This document shows, piece by piece, positions 60,633 through 64,000 of a stretch of DNA of 64,000 bases; the stretch's first letter is position 1; each line of letters opens with the position of its first letter. A model generated the notes under the pieces. The model was given only the letters and a program-made list of their open reading frames with translations, was not told the origin of the DNA and ran no database searches. The stretch is taken from assembly GCA_048013815.1 (NCBI GenBank), contig CM106586.1, positions 17,918,001-17,982,000 of the forward strand. The letters are read 5' to 3'. The position numbers and the translations under genes were made by a program. Origin of the DNA: Setoptus koraiensis (lineage: Eukaryota; Animalia; Arthropoda).

Positions 60633-61950
60633 TGTATTTTACAGTTGCAGAATAAGGTGAATTGGCTCTAACTGGCGACAACAATAGCATGAGATGAATG
60701 TTGATAATAGCCAGCCAGTTGGTAGCATGAGACGTTTAGTGGGTGGCTTGATGACGATGCGACAAAGGCTAGATTTGTTCTGTTCCACGTCGAGCTTCTT
60801 TCCTCAAGCAATGGCCGCCTGCGGAGTGTGATAATGAGTCATACAGTTATTGTTGTAATTATAGTATAAAAGATGAATAGATGGATAAATTATGCTGTGT
60901 AGTGGCAATTAATAAATAGATAGATGATATAATAAAAAATAAATAGATGTGCGACCGGGCCAAAACGATGAAAGCTGCATCAGCTGCTGGTGCTTATCAG
61001 ATGCACAATGTGCAAGAAATTGCTGGCGCCATCTGCAGTTGGAAATTCTTTTCAGCGCCACGATAGAATTTTATTTTTTGTTTCGAATTGTTCGCACGGC
61101 ATGCATGTATCGGTGCTTCATGTACAGAGTGAAACCGATAAACTCATGCCAGTGCTAACAAACCAGAGTTTGTCATTCACGCTGCCAGTGGCACCACATT
61201 GAACATGGATTGCACGTTGTTCTTCATTCGCCGCCAATGCTCACATGCTTTCTATGGCTAAATGTGCAGTTTGTGCGTAGGTGTGTGTGTGTATTTGCTC
61301 CTCTCTTTCACCCATACATACAATGCACAGTGTGACCCTTTTCCAATGCGCTGACATCGAGTTTGTATGGGAACCGCGAGAGCGGCGCTCCGATGCTTTC
61401 CATGTGCCGTGCACTGATTATAGTGTCGGTGCCTTGTTCGCCTGCAATCAACCAGGAGGAGACATTTAACGACTCATCTCGCACTCATCGCAGCCTCTCA
61501 GGCGCCCCTGGCGGGACTCGCTGGCACCAGGTATAGTGCTATCAAAAACGGTGCTCTCACCACTAGAGAGTTTATCTAATACACCATCGCGCACCGCCTC
61601 GTTTCGATCAAGTTCTTTTCTCGATGATATATGCTAAACCGTCTATTATTTCTGCTTTGCTAAACTACAACACTTATCTACATTTGTCTACATTTATCTG
61701 TCGGTCACACACAATTGAAACTGCTATTGATAACATTTAAATTAAATTTGAAAAATTAATCATCCGAGACAGTGATATAACGAAACAGCCATACTAGTTG
61801 CCACACTAACCTCTGCTTATTGTTAGCTCAATCGTTAGGCCCAGCCCAACCGTTTGGACACAGCTCATAGGCATCAGGAGATACCTATTATACATATTGT
61901 CACCCCCGCCCCAATAAACCAATATCCAACCGAACAGTTCTACTCTAAAA

Positions 61951-62553
61951 ATGTCTACTACACAAAATAATAATAATGGTGCTCCGCTGCTGAAACCACC
62001 CACCACATATTGGGCTCAACGCGCCAACCTAATCTATTTAACTGTAGCATTAGAAGATTGTAAAAACCCAACAATTAAGCTTGAGAAAGACAAATTATAC
62101 TTTCGTGGCAAATCAGAATCCTTGCAACAGGACGCTGACCACGCGGACCATGAGGTCACCATCGACTTTAATCAGCCCATTAACACGGAGGAATCCAAAT
62201 ATGTAACACGTGATCGAGGCACAGAGTTCGTTATTGTCAAAGAAACAAATGGATGGTGGCCAAGGTTGCTTAAGGGCTCAGCTAAGCAACATTGGCTCAA
62301 GATTGATTTCACCAAATGGAAAGATGAAGATGACTCAGACGATGAGGCACCAAACTTTGGCGGTGCACCCGGACAACCAGACTTTGGTGATCTTATGAGA
62401 CAAATGGGTGGAATGAACAACATGGAAGGCCTAGAAGGAATGGGAGGCATGGGTGGTCTAGGTGGTATGGGAGGCTTAGGCGGCATGGACGATGATAAAG
62501 ACGAAGAAGAGGATGATTCAGAGGGAGACGATCTTCCTCCTGAGCTTGAATAG
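61951..62553 (+). CDS. PTGES3: Hsp90 co-chaperone p23 (prostaglandin E synthase 3), 200 aa, intronless
   Basis: WAQRANLIYLTV, WWPRLLK, HWLKIDFTKWKDEDD, and a GGM-rich and acidic tail. Confidence 0.95.
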   Translation: MSTTQNNNNGAPLLKPPTTYWAQRANLIYLTVALEDCKNPTIKLEKDKLYFRGKSESLQQDADHADHEVTIDFNQPINTEESKYVTRDRGTEFVIVKETNGWWPRLLKGSAKQHWLKIDFTKWKDEDDSDDEAPNFGGAPGQPDFGDLMRQMGGMNNMEGLEGMGGMGGLGGMGGLGGMDDDKDEEEDDSEGDDLPPELE

Positions 62554-63309
62554 TGTAACTTACTACCGGAGCTGAATAGCAGTAATAAAACGATACATTG
62601 TCATACACTTTCTACAAACAAGGTATATCATTATTTTATCAATTATATATAAATATATTCAAATCCAAGTCTTTTCTGCATCATCAGTTTACTGTAATCA
62701 CTCATTTAGTGTGAATAAATAACCTGGAGTTACTTATTTTCAGTTATAGGAGCGTTTTTTATTTATATCGGCAGGTTGCCCCGGCAAAAGAGATAACTAG
62801 TTTCATTTTCAATCCTACCGCCGGTACATGAGAGTTATGTTATGCGACTTACAGTTAGGTTTTTCTCTTTTTCAAAAGCTGTATTCTCAATAGCTGCGGA
62901 CAGGTGCCGCGCTAGTCTAGCCGAAAATCATTTGATCTCTGTAAAACTCACACTACAAGTTAACTACCGTAAGCAGTAAGATCAAGCAAGCACCGTCAGC
63001 TGCCAAAGCATTAATATCCATCAGCTGATGATGTATTTCTGTGCCACGCAATCGGCATTTGGAAACCGACAGTTTACTATTAATATCATAGTATTGAGGC
63101 TGCAAATGAATAATCCTCTTTTACTTTGTTAGTGGAAATACAATTCGCAAATCACTATAGATTTACAACTATATCTCAATATATTGCTGGTGATTTAATT
63201 TATCATACAACCATTCATACCTTCATACAATACCCGAGGACGATTCCTTGAGTTTGGATATAAAACTAATTCGTAATTTGTGACGACCATATACATTTAA
63301 ACATTCACA

Positions 63310-64000
63310 ATGGGAGCTGGTCAAAGTCTATCCGATATTGGAGGTTCAACATATGGATATCATGTAAGCTTGAGATTATACAGTGGGCGATATATAACCG
63401 TCGTATGGGTTTCTGTGTTGATGAGCTTTATTTCATTTGCATTTCTACTCTCTTTTTTGCAGGTGTTGAGGGTGCAACCGAACAGTCCCGGTAGCAGGGC
63501 TGGTCTTCAGTCATACTTCGACTTTATCCTGGCTGCTGGAAACACTAGATTCGACAAAGAAAATGGAGCAATAAAAGAAATTTTAAAGGCCAGTATCGAT
63601 CAAAGATTGAAGATGCTTGTCTACAACACAAGGACAAAGAAGACTCGCGAGGTTGACATTATTCCATCTACTACGTGGGGAGGTAACGGCTTGCTAGGAG
63701 TATCTATCAAGCACAATTCATTCGATAAAATAGATGAGAAGGTATGGCATGTGCTGGAAGTTCAACCTGGATCTCCAGCTCAACAGGCTGGCTTGCTGTC
63801 AAATGATGACTACGTCATAGGGTCAGACTCTACTTTACAAGAAAGCGAAGATCTATATAATCTTATTCAAGCGCATGATGGAAAACCGCTTAAACTATTT
63901 ACATACAATGTGGTAACCGATAGTTGTCGTGAGGTCATATGTACCCCAAATAGCGGTTGGGGAGGTGAAGGTAGTTTAGGTTGTGAGTTTGGCCACGGCT
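63310..64000 (+). CDS. GORASP2: Golgi reassembly-stacking protein (GRASP55/65), 3' partial
   Basis: Exon 63310-63363 (MGAGQS...GYH, Gly2 myristoylation site), intron 63364-63462, then VLRVQPNSPGSRAGL...FDFI...WGGNGLLGVSI...VWHVLEVQPGSPA...WGGEGSLGCEFGHG, running off the window end. Confidence 0.95.
   Translation, partial: MGAGQSLSDIGGSTYGYHVSLRLYSGRYITVVWVSVLMSFISFAFLLSFLQVLRVQPNSPGSRAGLQSYFDFILAAGNTRFDKENGAIKEILKASIDQRLKMLVYNTRTKKTREVDIIPSTTWGGNGLLGVSIKHNSFDKIDEKVWHVLEVQPGSPAQQAGLLSNDDYVIGSDSTLQESEDLYNLIQAHDGKPLKLFTYNVVTDSCREVICTPNSGWGGEGSLGCEFGHG

Noticed and set aside
1-64000. tRNA, rRNA, snRNA, hammerhead ribozyme and U12-intron signals
   Set aside because: Scanning by eye found only isolated short matches (GTTCGA, CTGATGA, ATATCCTT) without the required flanking structure. 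Covariance-model searches would be needed to exclude divergent copies.

Overview
Eukaryotic genomic DNA, not prokaryotic: genes have GT-AG introns of about 80-230 nt plus a few multi-kb introns, and there are many microsatellites. The gene set, compact spacing and many intronless housekeeping genes suggest an arthropod, probably a mite with a streamlined genome (inference). Splicing by hand gives frame-consistent models for these genes, in order: a 5'-truncated divergent otopetrin-like channel; an intronless RING + chromo-like ORF behind a 29-bp tandem array; a catalytically dead trypsin-like homolog with a (Pro-Asp)n tail; an 11-exon LDLa-LRR-7TM relaxin-type receptor (Lgr3/Lgr4/RXFP class) with a TSD-flanked hAT-type MITE in one intron; a TPR-RRM-CCCH (TTC31-like) gene; a GAS2-like CH-GAR gene whose 9.8-kb intron holds two opposite-strand genes (a ZP-N membrane protein and a secreted Met-Asn-Gly repeat protein); a small unknown ORF; a Myb/SANT-like factor; DCTN2; a LARP1-like gene with no DM15; a 76-aa FLASH-like coiled-coil ORF; Mp20/myophilin; SCYL1; p23; and a 3'-truncated GRASP. 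I found no rRNA, tRNA or CRISPR array. The strongest leads are the apparent mini-FLASH, the DM15-less LARP1, the nested secreted MNG-repeat protein, and the atypical 2.4-5.9 kb island. No database searches were run; family calls rest on motif recognition by eye.
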